NCBI GenBank assembly: GCA_011109175.1
Contig: RDEW01000011.1
Span: 869,061 to 933,060, forward strand
Reading direction: 5' to 3'
DNA length: 64,000 nucleotides
Source of the DNA: Dicyema japonicum
Taxonomy: Eukaryota; Animalia; Dicyemida
Both the position numbers and the translations under genes were made by a program. How positions within the stretch are numbered: the stretch's first letter is position 1; each line of letters begins with the position of its first letter. Positions 51,835 to 63,557 of the stretch are shown here, piece by piece. The notes below the pieces were generated by a model that saw only the letters and a program-made list of their open reading frames with translations, was not told where the DNA came from and did no database searches.

Positions 51835-52981
51835 TGTCGCGAGCGCTACTTGCAACTATGCGCTACTTGCAATATCGATTTTTTTTGCTCGAAATTAAAC
51901 GAGTAGTATTAAGACACTCACAAATCGAACCATTTTGAAGAAACCAGTTTTACTCAAAAAAACATGAAACTAAAATTATATATAGATTTATGTTATGCTT
52001 TAAAACATATAAAATTGAATTTATTTTTTAAATTCTTAAATTATCTTACTATTAATAATACTGATAAGCATTCTAAATAATTAAAAAATTAATTTCAACA
52101 ATAAAAATCTTCATTTTTCAATATTTTAAACTATTAAAAATTCCAGGTTATACGATTGTACTCAGTTAAGACAAAAAATTCAAAAAAAATATTTTATTTA
52201 TAAGAAAAGGTAAGTCACTTCTTTTTAAGCTTTTTAACGCGACTCATGTGGAAGATCTCGCTATGTCCCTCATTTGATTGAAGTGTCATTCGCTTGTTAG
52301 ACAATATATCTAAGACTTTCACTTTTTCACTGTAGGGAAATTCAAATTTCCCTAACTTTAGAGAGGGATTTGTCCCATGGTCTTTTTTTACGCAAACCTA
52401 TATTGTCAATGTAATTAACTAACCTCATCTCCTTTCTCGAATGAGTATTTTGAGCAATGAACACCCACGAAACGGATTGTCACATAATTTATATATAAGG
52501 CCATATAACCTGTTGAACTATGATAACTAAGATTATAAAATTGGACAGCTTTTTTAATCTGTTTTTTCCAACATTTATTTGGATCATCAAACAACATCTT
52601 CGACAAAGTTCGAGTGATTATCTGATGCAAGTAGCGCTCGCGACATATTAGACATTTTGATAACAGCCATTCAACTCTATTTGATGAATCCACTAATATA
52701 TTAATGAAGAAAATGTAAGACAATACAAAAATGATATGGACTGAGCATTAGCACAAACGAAGCACCACAACAACGTAGGACAAGCGTGACATAACAATTC
52801 AAATTAGAGTTAATAGTTTATATTAATTTTATACATTAAAATTAATATTTTATATTACTAAAAATTAGAATTTTAATCCAAAAGAACAATTTTCATAGAT
52901 TCAAAAAAAATTCAAAAAATTCAAAAAATTCAAAAAATCGATAATGCAGGTAGCGCATAGTTGCAAGTAGCGCTCGCGACA
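51835..52981 (-). mobile_element. Ginger/TDD-like (gypsy-integrase-related) DNA transposon, deleted
   Basis: About 50-bp TIRs starting TGTCGCGAGCGCTACTTGCAACTATGCGCTAC, TGT..ACA ends, 5-bp TSD TACTT (51830-51834, 52982-52986). Integrase C-terminal remnant RTLSKML..W..AVQFYNLSYHSSTG and KFEFPYSEKVKVLDIL..IFHMSRVKK. Confidence 0.85.
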
Positions 52982-53099
52982 TACTTGTTCTCAATCAGAT
53001 TAAACCTTACCTCCCAGACGTATTCTTCCAACATGGATTTAAAAAGGCTTGTTCCACAACTACCCACCTTACCTGCTTGACAAAATTCATCAAAGAAGG

Positions 53100-53900
53100 C
53101 CTTCAACGCAAACCTCGCCATCAAAAGACTATTATGTGCGGCATTGACATACAGAAGGCTTTTGACTCAATACCAAGGAACTGCTCACTAGGAAGATCTA
53201 AGGTTCTATCATTCCGAACAACTGAAAATTTGGCTCGCTAAATTCCTCAACAGACGAAGCGAAAAAGTAATCTCCCATTCCAAATCTTCAATCACTAAAT
53301 TTCTACCGAACGGGGTCCCGCAAAGATCCCCTCTCTCCCAATCTATTCAACCTATTCTTGAGCGACATGCCTTCCTACAACTGGGACGATACCCTATTCC
53401 TTGCTTACACAGACGACTTAATCCCGGGAACAAAAGACCAGTGCATCCACATAGTGGGTACCCGCTTACAAGATTCACTGGATAGCCTGAACTATTGGCT
53501 TACAAGGAACCAACTACACACAAGTCTTGAAGTGCTCTATGATCTTTACTTCCAATAGAAGATTGACTAACTTGGCGTCTTCATTGACCCTAAATGGAAT
53601 AAAAATCTCCTTCACAAATTCAACCAAAATACTGGGGGTCACATATGACCCCCTAATGACCATCAGCAAACATGTGAGCAACATAATCTCCCTTTCCCAG
53701 AAAAAATTAAACTTTGTAAAAACGCTACTTGGATACTACAAGAGATGGTTCCACCCAACAGTAGATCCTCTACCACCATTACATACTTCCGTCAATCAGT
53801 TATTGCTGCGCGGCAAGGGGTACTAACATATCCCACCTTAACCTAAAGAAAATAAATTCCTTCCAAGAGACATTAACGAAAACCCTACAAAGATCCTCCT
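53100..53900 (+). mobile_element. Jockey/I-like LINE RT remnant
   Basis: AALTYRRLLT/KAFD region, NGVPQRSPLSP, AYTDDL and TKILGVTYDPLMT. Same type as 35038-36100. Confidence 0.85.
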
Positions 53901-54349
53901 TGTCATTAAAACCAACCCCGTTCGAGGAACTCGTGAGGAGAACGGGAGCGCAGCCAAACCCCCTAAACTTCCGAAAAGTGATTCGTCCACACAGGAAGTG
54001 TGTCGGTACTCGGGAGGAACACCGAGGAAAGATGAGGCGGCTGCTCAAGGGGGCGGCATCATCTGACGGCCCCTACCTTCCTTTGTTTTGTCGGTGATTC
54101 TTGGTTTTTAAATTAAAATTAAAAAAAAAGTACCCAGATGTTTCAAATTCCCAAATTGGCCAAAAATAGTTCAGGAACAATTTTATTCCAATTTAAGGGA
54201 CTTTACTGTATTTAGAAAGATGACTTTTTTACTTAAAAATATCGTTTTGGGAAAATATCGTCATGTTTTTATGAACTTGTCTAAAACTTGAAAAAATTAA
54301 TTGGAGCCCATTTTGAATGGATACGGTGATCTTCTATTGATTTTTCAAA

Positions 54350-55100
54350 AAAATGTGTAATGAATAATTTTTTACTTATTTGTAATTTGTCATTATTCGC
54401 AATAAAAATAATCAGAGAAATCCTTCCCAAAATCCTCGAGAACTTGCAGCCATCCCAAGTAGCAGTAGGCACTCCTGGAGATTTCAAAGAGCCAGTACAC
54501 GTTGTGTGTCATTTGGTCTTTTCCAATGAGACGGAAAACGGCCCACGGAATCACAATCTTTCCGTTTGAAAAAGGGACTCCACATCTGTCGACTCCCTAC
54601 CTCCTACTAGCATCATTGATAGTGTGATAAAGATATTATCAGCTACAAATAACGGGAGAAAGCTAAAGGAAGAAATACCAAAGGCTCCTGATAAGTTCCA
54701 AAAGTCTGTCATTTCTCAAGACGCTGAGACGTCTGGTACCTCGGTTCTTTCATTTAAAGGAAACCTGTAGCTAAGAGGAAGACCAGGTAACACAGCGATG
54801 AGTGTTGTTGCTCGTCTAAATTAGCTGTGAGTTCTAGTCAAAGAGCCTACTTACTTGATCGAAGGTTTCCCCTCGGCTCTTTGCCTTCTATAGTTCCTTA
54901 GAGGCGTCATCAAATCCAGCTAACTCAGGTGATGCTCGGCCAACATCTAAAAAGGATCTCTCCCCCGTACTCAAATGGAGAGGTCCCACAATGGCGAATA
55001 TGGATGGGCGTGATGTTTAAAAGGATGCGCCTCACTCAGACCGTGGAAAGTGAATACACAGTTCGACTTCGATTCGGAGAAAACCTCACCCCGTTTTTTG
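54350..55100 (+). mobile_element. CRE-like RT remnant
   Basis: LENLQPSQVAVGTPG..VH. Confidence 0.65.
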
Positions 55101-55899
55101 AACACCCGCAGATTTTTTAACACTTAGTAGGATTGCATGGAAAAGGAAAAAACTAAAACCTCGATGTGAAACAAAATTAATTAATTATAATTTATTTAAT
55201 TGTTTATTTTATTTTTTATTTAAAAAAAATTTCTCGTTACTTAATGTCCTTGTGGCGCTCTCAAAATGAGTCTAAAATACCAAAAAAATTTTGAAATATC
55301 TTATCGAAAAAATCTATTCTCACATATTCTTAGCACAAAAATTCGGAACGAGCATTGGAACTATAACTTGAATTAAAAAAAGATATAATGCCTCTTGTGA
55401 TTGGTGGAGCATCTTTTGAATGACTGAAACTCGTGAGAAGGATGAAGCTACTTTTAAATTGTTGGATTCAAAGGTTCTTTAAGTATTTCTGCATTGAGAC
55501 TGCAAAGTGTCCCAGTTAGTGGCCCACTCAGCAAAGAAAAAAATTCTGTTCTTTTGTGCTACAACTATGTTGGAGAAAAATTGAATCCATGATTGGTTGG
55601 GAAATTTAGAAATCCCAGGTTCTAAATTGTTTAATCCAGAAGATCACAACATTATGCACTCATCGTCCCTGAATGCTTGGATGACAAGGATATTTTTAAT
55701 TCATCGTTATGTCGAATTAATGAAAGCTATGGTGGAAAATTATGGTGAATCAAGAGAAAATGAAATAATAAAAGGAACTATCAAACAAATTAATGATTTG
55801 CAAGATTCCATTTTGATATCGCTTCGGATCCCTGAGTTTTACTCGTTTAGAAGAAAAACTACAGCTAAAGTTGAAAAGAAATTTGGATTTGGGAGTAGA

Positions 55900-56305
55900 A
55901 TTGAACATTTTTGCCAATACACCACAATAACTTTTCATGAAGAAGTGAGGGGAGATTCCTTGATCGTTGGTGGAAACACGCACTGGTGTCTGCCGGACAC
56001 CTTTTCATACTGGAACCAAGTGGCCTTTCAAGGGAGACAAAAAGCGACCAGACAGAGCAACCGTTAGTCTGGATGTAACATGTATTGACTCTGTACCCCA
56101 CCAAAATCATCGGGAGTGTGGCAAAAGTAAAAAGCAGAGAGAACTAAAGATAATAAGTACAAGTGACTCCCTGACGATATACCTCCGCGCGATTGCTGCT
56201 GAGATAAACGGAGCGATAAGCTGTAAGTCCCTAGTCTCCCTCAGAAACTCGGATGTATTCCCTCTCAGACACCATGATGACCGCGAAACGCAATGGCTCC
56301 CCAGT
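55900..56305 (+). mobile_element. REL-endonuclease (CRE/NeSL-like) 3' remnant
   Basis: KRPD..LDVTCID. Confidence 0.55.
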
Positions 56306-56315
56306 TGGTCTCCAT

Positions 56316-56559
56316 CATTATTATTAATTAACCCCGGATACACTGAGAAAGTTAAAGTAAACAACTAATCAAGTGTATCCAGTTTCCACTTATACGGAAA
56401 CAGAGTCCATCAGCATAAAGGTAAGACGTCCATTACATGCAGTTGTGGAAACCCCTCCAGTGGAGGGGGAGAGCAAATGATCCTTTTTCGTGCCGGGCCT
56501 GGCACTGGGCGTCACCTAGACAGGTGGATCACATGACGCCACTCTAATAAAAAGAGAGA
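56316..56559 (-). mobile_element. Short retroposon family A, 5'-truncated copy
   Basis: 10-bp TSD TGGTCTCCAT (56306-56315, 56560-56569) and a (TAA)n tail. Confidence 0.92.
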
Positions 56560-56599
56560 TGGTCTCCATAGCGATCCAGAGTGGAAGCGTCGCAGGAAT

Positions 56600-57590
56600 A
56601 AAGTCAGAAAAAATCAAATTTTATTTTTTAGGTCAATAAAGTCAAAAAAATATTGATTTTTATCATTAATTTTTAGAGTTTTTGAATAAATACTGATGTG
56701 TCATAAACTGTTTTTATTGAATCTTTTGTGTAATTAACATTTCAAACTAACAGTTCTATCATTTTATTACTATTTCACAAAAGCTACTATCAAAAATATC
56801 TGATTTTTATCATTCCATCTACCACTCTAGTATCACTAATGCTTCCGCGAATGTGATTTTCCTTGCATAAGTTGAACAGTAAAGTTTACAAAACTTGTTT
56901 GAGGGTATTGAATATCGTTTTACGTCCTTCTATGCAAAATTGTATGAAATTTATGGCAAAAATAACTTGACCGAAGCTATTTTTGAGTTTTTACATGCAT
57001 TTATTATAGAGTTGGAAAAAGTGGTTTGATCCACGAAATCGATATAAACATGTATACTCATATAAATTTCTTCCGTAGAAACAGAAAATTTTATTGAAAT
57101 TGGCTATCCCCCAAAATAATTGAAAAGTATCTTTCCACATCTATTCAGAAAAGATTTTTATTATTGATAAAATAAAAATCTTATTATCTAAAGACTGAAA
57201 TTTTTAACCTGAAAACGTTTTTAATTACATTATTCTATATTTTAATAAAGTTTTTGATTAGTTTTTTATTTTTTAAATGGGGAACAATTTATTAACATTT
57301 AACACAAAAATCCATCAAACGTGGTCCTCGCCGACATTATCGACGTTGTGTTTCCTCTCACGATTGCAACAGAGATCAACTGGAGATGCCATCGGGTCTC
57401 AAGTTCGTCGTGGATTTTTGGTGTTGCTAGCCGTCTATGTTTCTTAGGAAACGAAGTTATTTTACACTTAGTCCTCCATATTTTTCATATTTAAAAATTT
57501 TTTTTTAGATAAAGTCAAAAATGGTCAAATATTGAATTTTTAAAGTCAATTTTTTAAATCAAAATTTCGGATTTAGTCAAAAAATCGCTT
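56600..57590 (+). mobile_element. hAT-like remnant with a short CRE 3' piece at 57305-57455(-)
   Basis: AAAGTCAA repeats at both sides and FDPRNRYK (hAT LDPRxK-like) near 57030. The CRE piece is homologous to 34510-34650. Confidence 0.55.
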
Positions 57591-57970
57591 TAATTATAAT
57601 CGAGACAAAGATAAATGAGATATCGAGGCCCGGAAGAAGAAAGCCTTTCAAGCGACACTGTGTCTCCGAAAGCTCGGTTTGATCGTTTTCTCTGTCTTCC
57701 AAGGAGTCATTCTGCCATCACTATTATATTGATGCGGGGGTGTTTTTCTCTCTAGGAAAAATTATTTTGTTGGAAATGACCAGGCGACCCACCATAAAGT
57801 TTGCTCTCACTATGGGGTCAGACGCAAAGTTTAATGACTCGATGATGAGAGCCCCAGAGAGGAGTCCAGACGCATCGAGACAGGACCCATGATAATTCAA
57901 CCATCCCCCACGTTTAACCTCTCCTAATCTGTATTAATAAAAATTCATTTATTCAAAGGGAGATAATAAA

Positions 57971-59951
57971 TTAAGTAAAAGACCACTTAGTGTTCGGGTC
58001 CCCGCATTCCACCATCTCCAAGCTACTGGTTTCGGCATTCACAGCCACGCATCCTTGACTTTCCGGATGCACGAGAAAGTCTGATTTCTGAAAATAAAAG
58101 AAAGATCAACGTGGATGAATATTTGGTAGTTATTACAGTCCTTGCATTCCTCCACAGAGAAGCCCCCAAAATATGTAAGGCAGAAATCGTCTCGTCTGAG
58201 TTTGTTTTCCTTCGAATAAAACCAAATCTGAGTTAATTCAGCAATAAACCTGGGTTTCCTCCACTTCTTCGCATGCCAAAGCCAAAACGGAAATATTCAC
58301 ATTGGCTTCGTTAGCTGGGTGGTCGATACATAACTCAGTGTCCACGTTTCTTATCTATTAGACTTATTGGGGGTGATACCAACCTGTCCCGACTTCCTAG
58401 CCCTCTTTGGGTTAAACTGGGAGGGATATATGTTATCCAGGTACCACTCAAAAGACTTGCAATTCAGCCTCTTCCTGAGGTCGATCCTATCGGAGATATT
58501 TCCGTAATCCATGGTCTACTGAATGAGTGAATTGACCTACTTTTCTAACATGGGAAGAATTTAGGTAGTAATCCTTGTACTCGTCCATCCACACGTGGGC
58601 TACTCGTAGCGAATTTAGAGTGAAGACGTCCACCTTTATTTCCCACTGGTATGGATTGTTGGAACGGAAGATATGCCCCACTAACGAACAGGGGTGGATT
58701 AGGAGAGATCCCCCGCACATCCAAGTCTACATATTTGGTTAATTTATACTCTGAAGGATATCTCCAAGTTCTCTCCTCCCCAGATCTCCATCCCAGAGTC
58801 ATATGATCCCATTTCGTAGAAAACTTTGCGATTTACAGCGAAGAGTCCCCCAGCAATAGTAGGGGTTCTGATTTGTCACAGAACAACATTAACCTGACTG
58901 GATCTGCGGCTGATATTCGTCCTTTAAGGTCCTCTTCTGTCGGACTGTGCCATTTGAACACGAGATTCCACGAGAACCCCCCAACTTGGAGATACCAACC
59001 AATTGGTACGAACTTGAGAGTTATGTCGTCGATGGAGTTAATACTCGGGCAAACGATCGTTTTGTTGTTCTGCTTTACTGCACTCAGAAGAGGCTCAATC
59101 CAGCCTAGAAATGTTAGAGAGTCTTCTACCAGCTGTTGCCTCACAATGTGAGTCAAGAAAAATGAGGACATCCCCCGTAGCGTCCTTGGCCCCTTCCAAT
59201 CGCGCTCGAATCAGTCCAGCCCTTTTTGGTAGGCGAATAAGCTTCACATGGCCTTTGAAGGTTCGTTTAATGTAAGTCTCCAAAGAAGGGCTAATCAGTC
59301 GTTCTTTGCATAAATTGAGTAAATACCAAGATTGCTTGCGTCGTCCACCAAAATGACCTCCTTGACCAGTCTGGGAGGAGATCTGTCAAGGACGGAGTAA
59401 ACTGTCCTCAGCAGAGTGGAAACCGCCTCATTGTGAAAGCAAATTATGACGGAGGAGGTAGGAAGTTTGGAAACATCATATTTCACTTTCTTGCACCTAA
59501 ATTTGTAATTTTAATATTTTTAATTTCCAAATATGGAAATTTAATGTAAATTTGAGTGAAAATTACTCTGGGAGTCTCCCATCGATGATCCTTCTTCTAA
59601 GAGAAATCCTGTCGCTGGCAAATTGGTTGAATTCATTGTTTTTGAATCCCAGGTTGTATTCCTTTATGATAGACTGAGTCATGTTGTATGATTCCATGGA
59701 AAACTCTTTCCCATATTCGCCTGGAATTAGACAACCTAAATACCAGGAGCATCTTCACTGACAACGTAATCAATGAGGGAGATGTTCATGGAAACTCCTC
59801 CCATTATGGAAGATCTTCGACGAATTGGTAGATTGATGGGAAGTTTCGTGTTAATAGAGTTGATTGTAAGTATTGAGATTAAACCAGTGAGCATCGCTAC
59901 TGATAGAAAAATTATGATTTTGTATTTTTTTCCATGTAAATTTAACATCAT
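57971..59951 (-). CDS. GALNT: Polypeptide N-acetylgalactosaminyltransferase (GT27) with ricin-B lectin domain
   Basis: N-terminal [119 protein letters not shown], then CID/CL/C..W lectin repeats. Nine GT-AG introns (22-29 nt, one about 69 nt). One extra base is needed at 58820-58826. Confidence 0.96.
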
Positions 59952-60780
59952 TTCAGTTAGAAAGGTTTGTTGTGGTGTTTTTAAATTTTAAAATTTTATT
60001 TTATTCAGTTTTAAATTATTTTTAAAAATAATAAATTTAAATAAATTTTAAATTTATTTTTAAATAACAATTAAAGAAGAAATTAACTGAAGAAAATGAT
60101 GACTGACTAATTAGGTGATCACAATTTCCATGATTGCTTATTCTACTTTCCTCCATTAAAGCCCCCTCGCAATTACTTCATTCATCGTCCTGTGCTTTGT
60201 ATTACTTCTAGTACTTCTTCAGAAGAGTTTGTGAAGTCTTTTAACGTCAACACCAATGGTTTGTGCAACCATTGAGCATGAACCAGAAGCGTCGTCCAAG
60301 TGTTCTGAGCAATCCACAAAGAAAAGCTCAGAACTACGCAGCGCTTTCACTTGTGGAGTCACGTCAATGTTGATCTAATTTCTGTTTAATCGCCTTAAAG
60401 GTATTGACACAAAAAGATCTTCCTAGCCACGTGGGGTCATTTTTAAGGGAGTTGAGATTTTCCTGTATAATAGAAGGGATGAAAGAAAATGGAATTTTCG
60501 CAGGAAGAAAGCAGGTGAAGTCGCTTTTGCGTTATCATTGATGCTTGATCTGGGATGTTCTCGGAACTAACGCCGCTCTCCGGGATCTTCGAGCTTTGAC
60601 GAGATTGCGTTTCGGCCCTCTAATGACTTCGGATCGTTTTGGGTGGTATTTTTGATCTTTGTTAAAGTGATAGTTACATTGGTAGAGGAACTCTTAGTTT
60701 TGTGAAGAAATGAGATGTCTTCATAATTTCTTGTGTGGACTGAAGATCGCTTATTTAATTATTTTGCTAAGTTGAGTTCG

Positions 60781-60960
60781 ATTATGGCGCAGTGTCATAT
60801 GTGCCTTCCAGAATCATGATAGGTCCAGTTCGAATCTCCTGCTGAATATCTCCTCTGAATCTACATTCCGGCTGAAGGTTCCAAGCACCTGTGATGCTTT
60901 GGATTGACGAGTGACTCCGTCATTAGTGAATACATCACTAAGAAACCGGATTATCTAAAA
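60781..60960 (+). mobile_element. tRNA-derived SINE with a different head and the family-S core
   Basis: A-box TGGCGCAGTG, B-box GTTCGAATCT, core GAAGGTTCCAAGCACCTGTGATGC..TGACGAGTGACTCCGTCATTAGTGAATACATCACTAA. Confidence 0.75.
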
Positions 60961-61309
60961 AACACAGAAAGAGTTAAAAAATTAAGAACATTCGTTGGTT
61001 CTCCTAGGAACTGTTCTTACTCTACAAAGTGTGCATCCTGCCTGTGTTGAGTAATGAGTATTTGGCTTTCGCGAAAAGTTCTGTTTCTTGATTTTGGTTG
61101 ATGTCTGGTTCGATGTCTCCTCTGAGTTTAGCCAGTCGCGTTCTTGTCTGTTCCGCCTTCATCTCTTTGTCCAGTGAGTGAATCCTCTATAACAGTTGAT
61201 AGTCGTGCCATAATCAGTAACAATGTGCAACTAATTCTGCACGTGGGGTTTTGAATTGTTCGTCAAATAATTTTAGTTACTCAGATGGGGTACAAACCTG
61301 TTTTCTGCA

Positions 61310-61814
61310 GAAGTGGAAACTGGATACACTTTAGTTATTGAAAATGTGGAACCAATGTGGAATAAATATTTATTATGAATTTCAAGAGGCACTAAAACTA
61401 ATTCCCAAAAAGGCCATAATCTACATAATGGGGGATTTCAATTCAAAAGTTGGGTGTATGGATATTGTGGGAAGTTTTGGTTTGGGGAAAAGAAATGACG
61501 CTGGGGATCGACTGGTCCAATTCTGTCAGGAAAATGGATTTCAGATAATTAACACATGGTTCAAACAGCACAAACGACGATTATACACTTGGACGTCGCC
61601 AAATGGAATGTCTAGGGACCAGATTGATTATATTTTGTGCGCCAATCGTTGGAAAAGCTCTATAACAGCCGTCAAAACATATCCAGGGGCAGACTGTGGA
61701 ACAGAGCTACTTGTTGCAAAAATTAGGACGAAATTCAGTAACTCTTGGAATACCCGAGTAAAGAAATTTGATGTCTCCAACATACCACCAGAATACGCAA
61801 TGGTGGTTAAATAA
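61310..61814 (+). mobile_element. RTE (BovB-like) APE endonuclease fragment
   Basis: IMGDFNSKVG..FGLGKRNDAGDRLVQFC..NTWFKQHKRRLYTWTSP..QIDYIL..YPGADCG. Confidence 0.92.
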
Positions 61815-63557
61815 AATAAATGTCGGAATCGAAAAGATAGTTTTTAATCAGAATTTATGAACTTAATATAGCCGGGATGACGCAGTGTCATAAATCAGGG
61901 GCAAATTCATAATTTCCTCGAAATCTCACTGCTCTACGTTACGTCTGTAGGTTACACGTATCTATCTCTATGCTTTGAATACGACGAGTGAATGCTTGAC
62001 TACAGAACCGGATCATCTGCAAAGGACTTGCTCTACAAGTTGATGACAAAATGTATTAATAAAAATGTGGACGAATTTAATCTTCTTAGTGAAAATCAAA
62101 TGTGCACAATGACAATATGTCGAGGGCTAAGGAACAAGCCCTCATGCATAAATACTCAATAAAGTAAATAAGAATGGAGGTTTATCGCATGGATGGATGT
62201 CAAACAACCTTTCGACTCCGGGGATAGTAATTTCTTGTTGGAGAGTCATTGAATATAATCGTATGGTTACATTCAATCTCTTTTATTGAAGAAAACTCTT
62301 GAGAGTATGTAATAAATCTAACCCAAACATCTCCTTGGGAGCGATCTCATGATAAATCGTCTAATCAAGGAATTTTACCACAACTTCGATATTTTGTCTG
62401 AAACCTTTACAGTCCCTGCTGTTTCAACATTATTTTGAAGAGACCCGGCGAAGTCATATTCAAAAAGACAAGCTGTAATGCCGATAACTTGGAGAACGAC
62501 CCTGGGAAGTTTAGGAGTCTCAGTCAACGGTAAAGTCAAGTCATATAAAATCGATTAAATCGGTTGAAAGTTTTTTTTAAATAAAGTGCTGTTTATTGTA
62601 ATACTTAAGGTAAACAAGCAAACATTCTCTTCCCCTTCTTAGAGCACCCAAACTTATATTCGAGATGAGCTGCTAACTTCATATTCTCGACATCTACAAT
62701 CAGACCAAATAATCTTTGTTTTGAATTAACAAAAACAGCGAACCTAAAAAAGAGCTTCCTCCCGCTATCGAACAGTCCATTTTGGTAGTAGAAAAAAAAC
62801 CAACTAAATAAAAACAACAACAACATTTTCTAATGTCAGATAAGAGCCTCTTGTGGAGCTGACCACAACCAGACTCCGTCCACTTACAGGCCGTGGAAAA
62901 GACAACCCAGTAAACCCCCTAGGAAATTAGACGAACAAACTAAAAGACATTATACTTTCAGCATAGCCCGTATAAAGTTGGGAAATACTGGAAGTTTGAA
63001 TACTAAAACAACGTGAAACTCCTCAAATTTGGTGTTATTATGGTTATGACTTAAAAATGAGGGTTTACGCAAGACAGTCTAACTAATAAAATGAGAGGGA
63101 TCTCGTTTTTTATCCAAAATTACCAATAAGGCAGACGTATAGAAACTTTAATCTCACCTTATTTTCCGGAACAGTAAAATCCACCACATGCCTATACTAC
63201 ATTCACTATCTAGCAAAATCCCCTTAGCGGTTATACTGTTGGAACATCTCCGTAGGGTTCTTTTTTATTAGGAATATCCAAATATACACAAAAAACATTT
63301 CGGTAGTTCACTCACATGCCAGGAGAGCATCCGACCGAATAGCATCCACCGATAGTACAATTTAGAGACCTAGGCAATATTATAGTTAATAGCGACGTGT
63401 TGGTGGATGGGGAGACTCAGGAAAAGATACCAGGGAGATTTGCAAAAGAACTTGAGGAAATAATATCAAGACTGAAGGAACTAAGCGGCATACTCGAGGT
63501 GGATTTACGAAGAATGGTGGACCTAGCCATGGAGAGCCCGGGCCACTAAAAAGAAAA

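Larger units (their letters stand above)
51608..54208. mobile_element. Possible pogo shell enclosing the Ginger-like element and a LINE fragment
   Basis: TA-CAGTGAACTCTCTTTAATTGG at the left and CCAATTTAAGGGACTTTACTG-TA at the right. The match is imperfect, so the two ends may belong to different insertions. Confidence 0.4.

Noticed and set aside
13448-58830. Explaining the frameshifts with 11-14-nt GT..TG micro-introns (GTTGATAAATG; GTTTCTACGAAATG)
   Set aside because: These are far shorter than any other intron here, and removal deletes conserved residues. A 1-nt deletion fits better.
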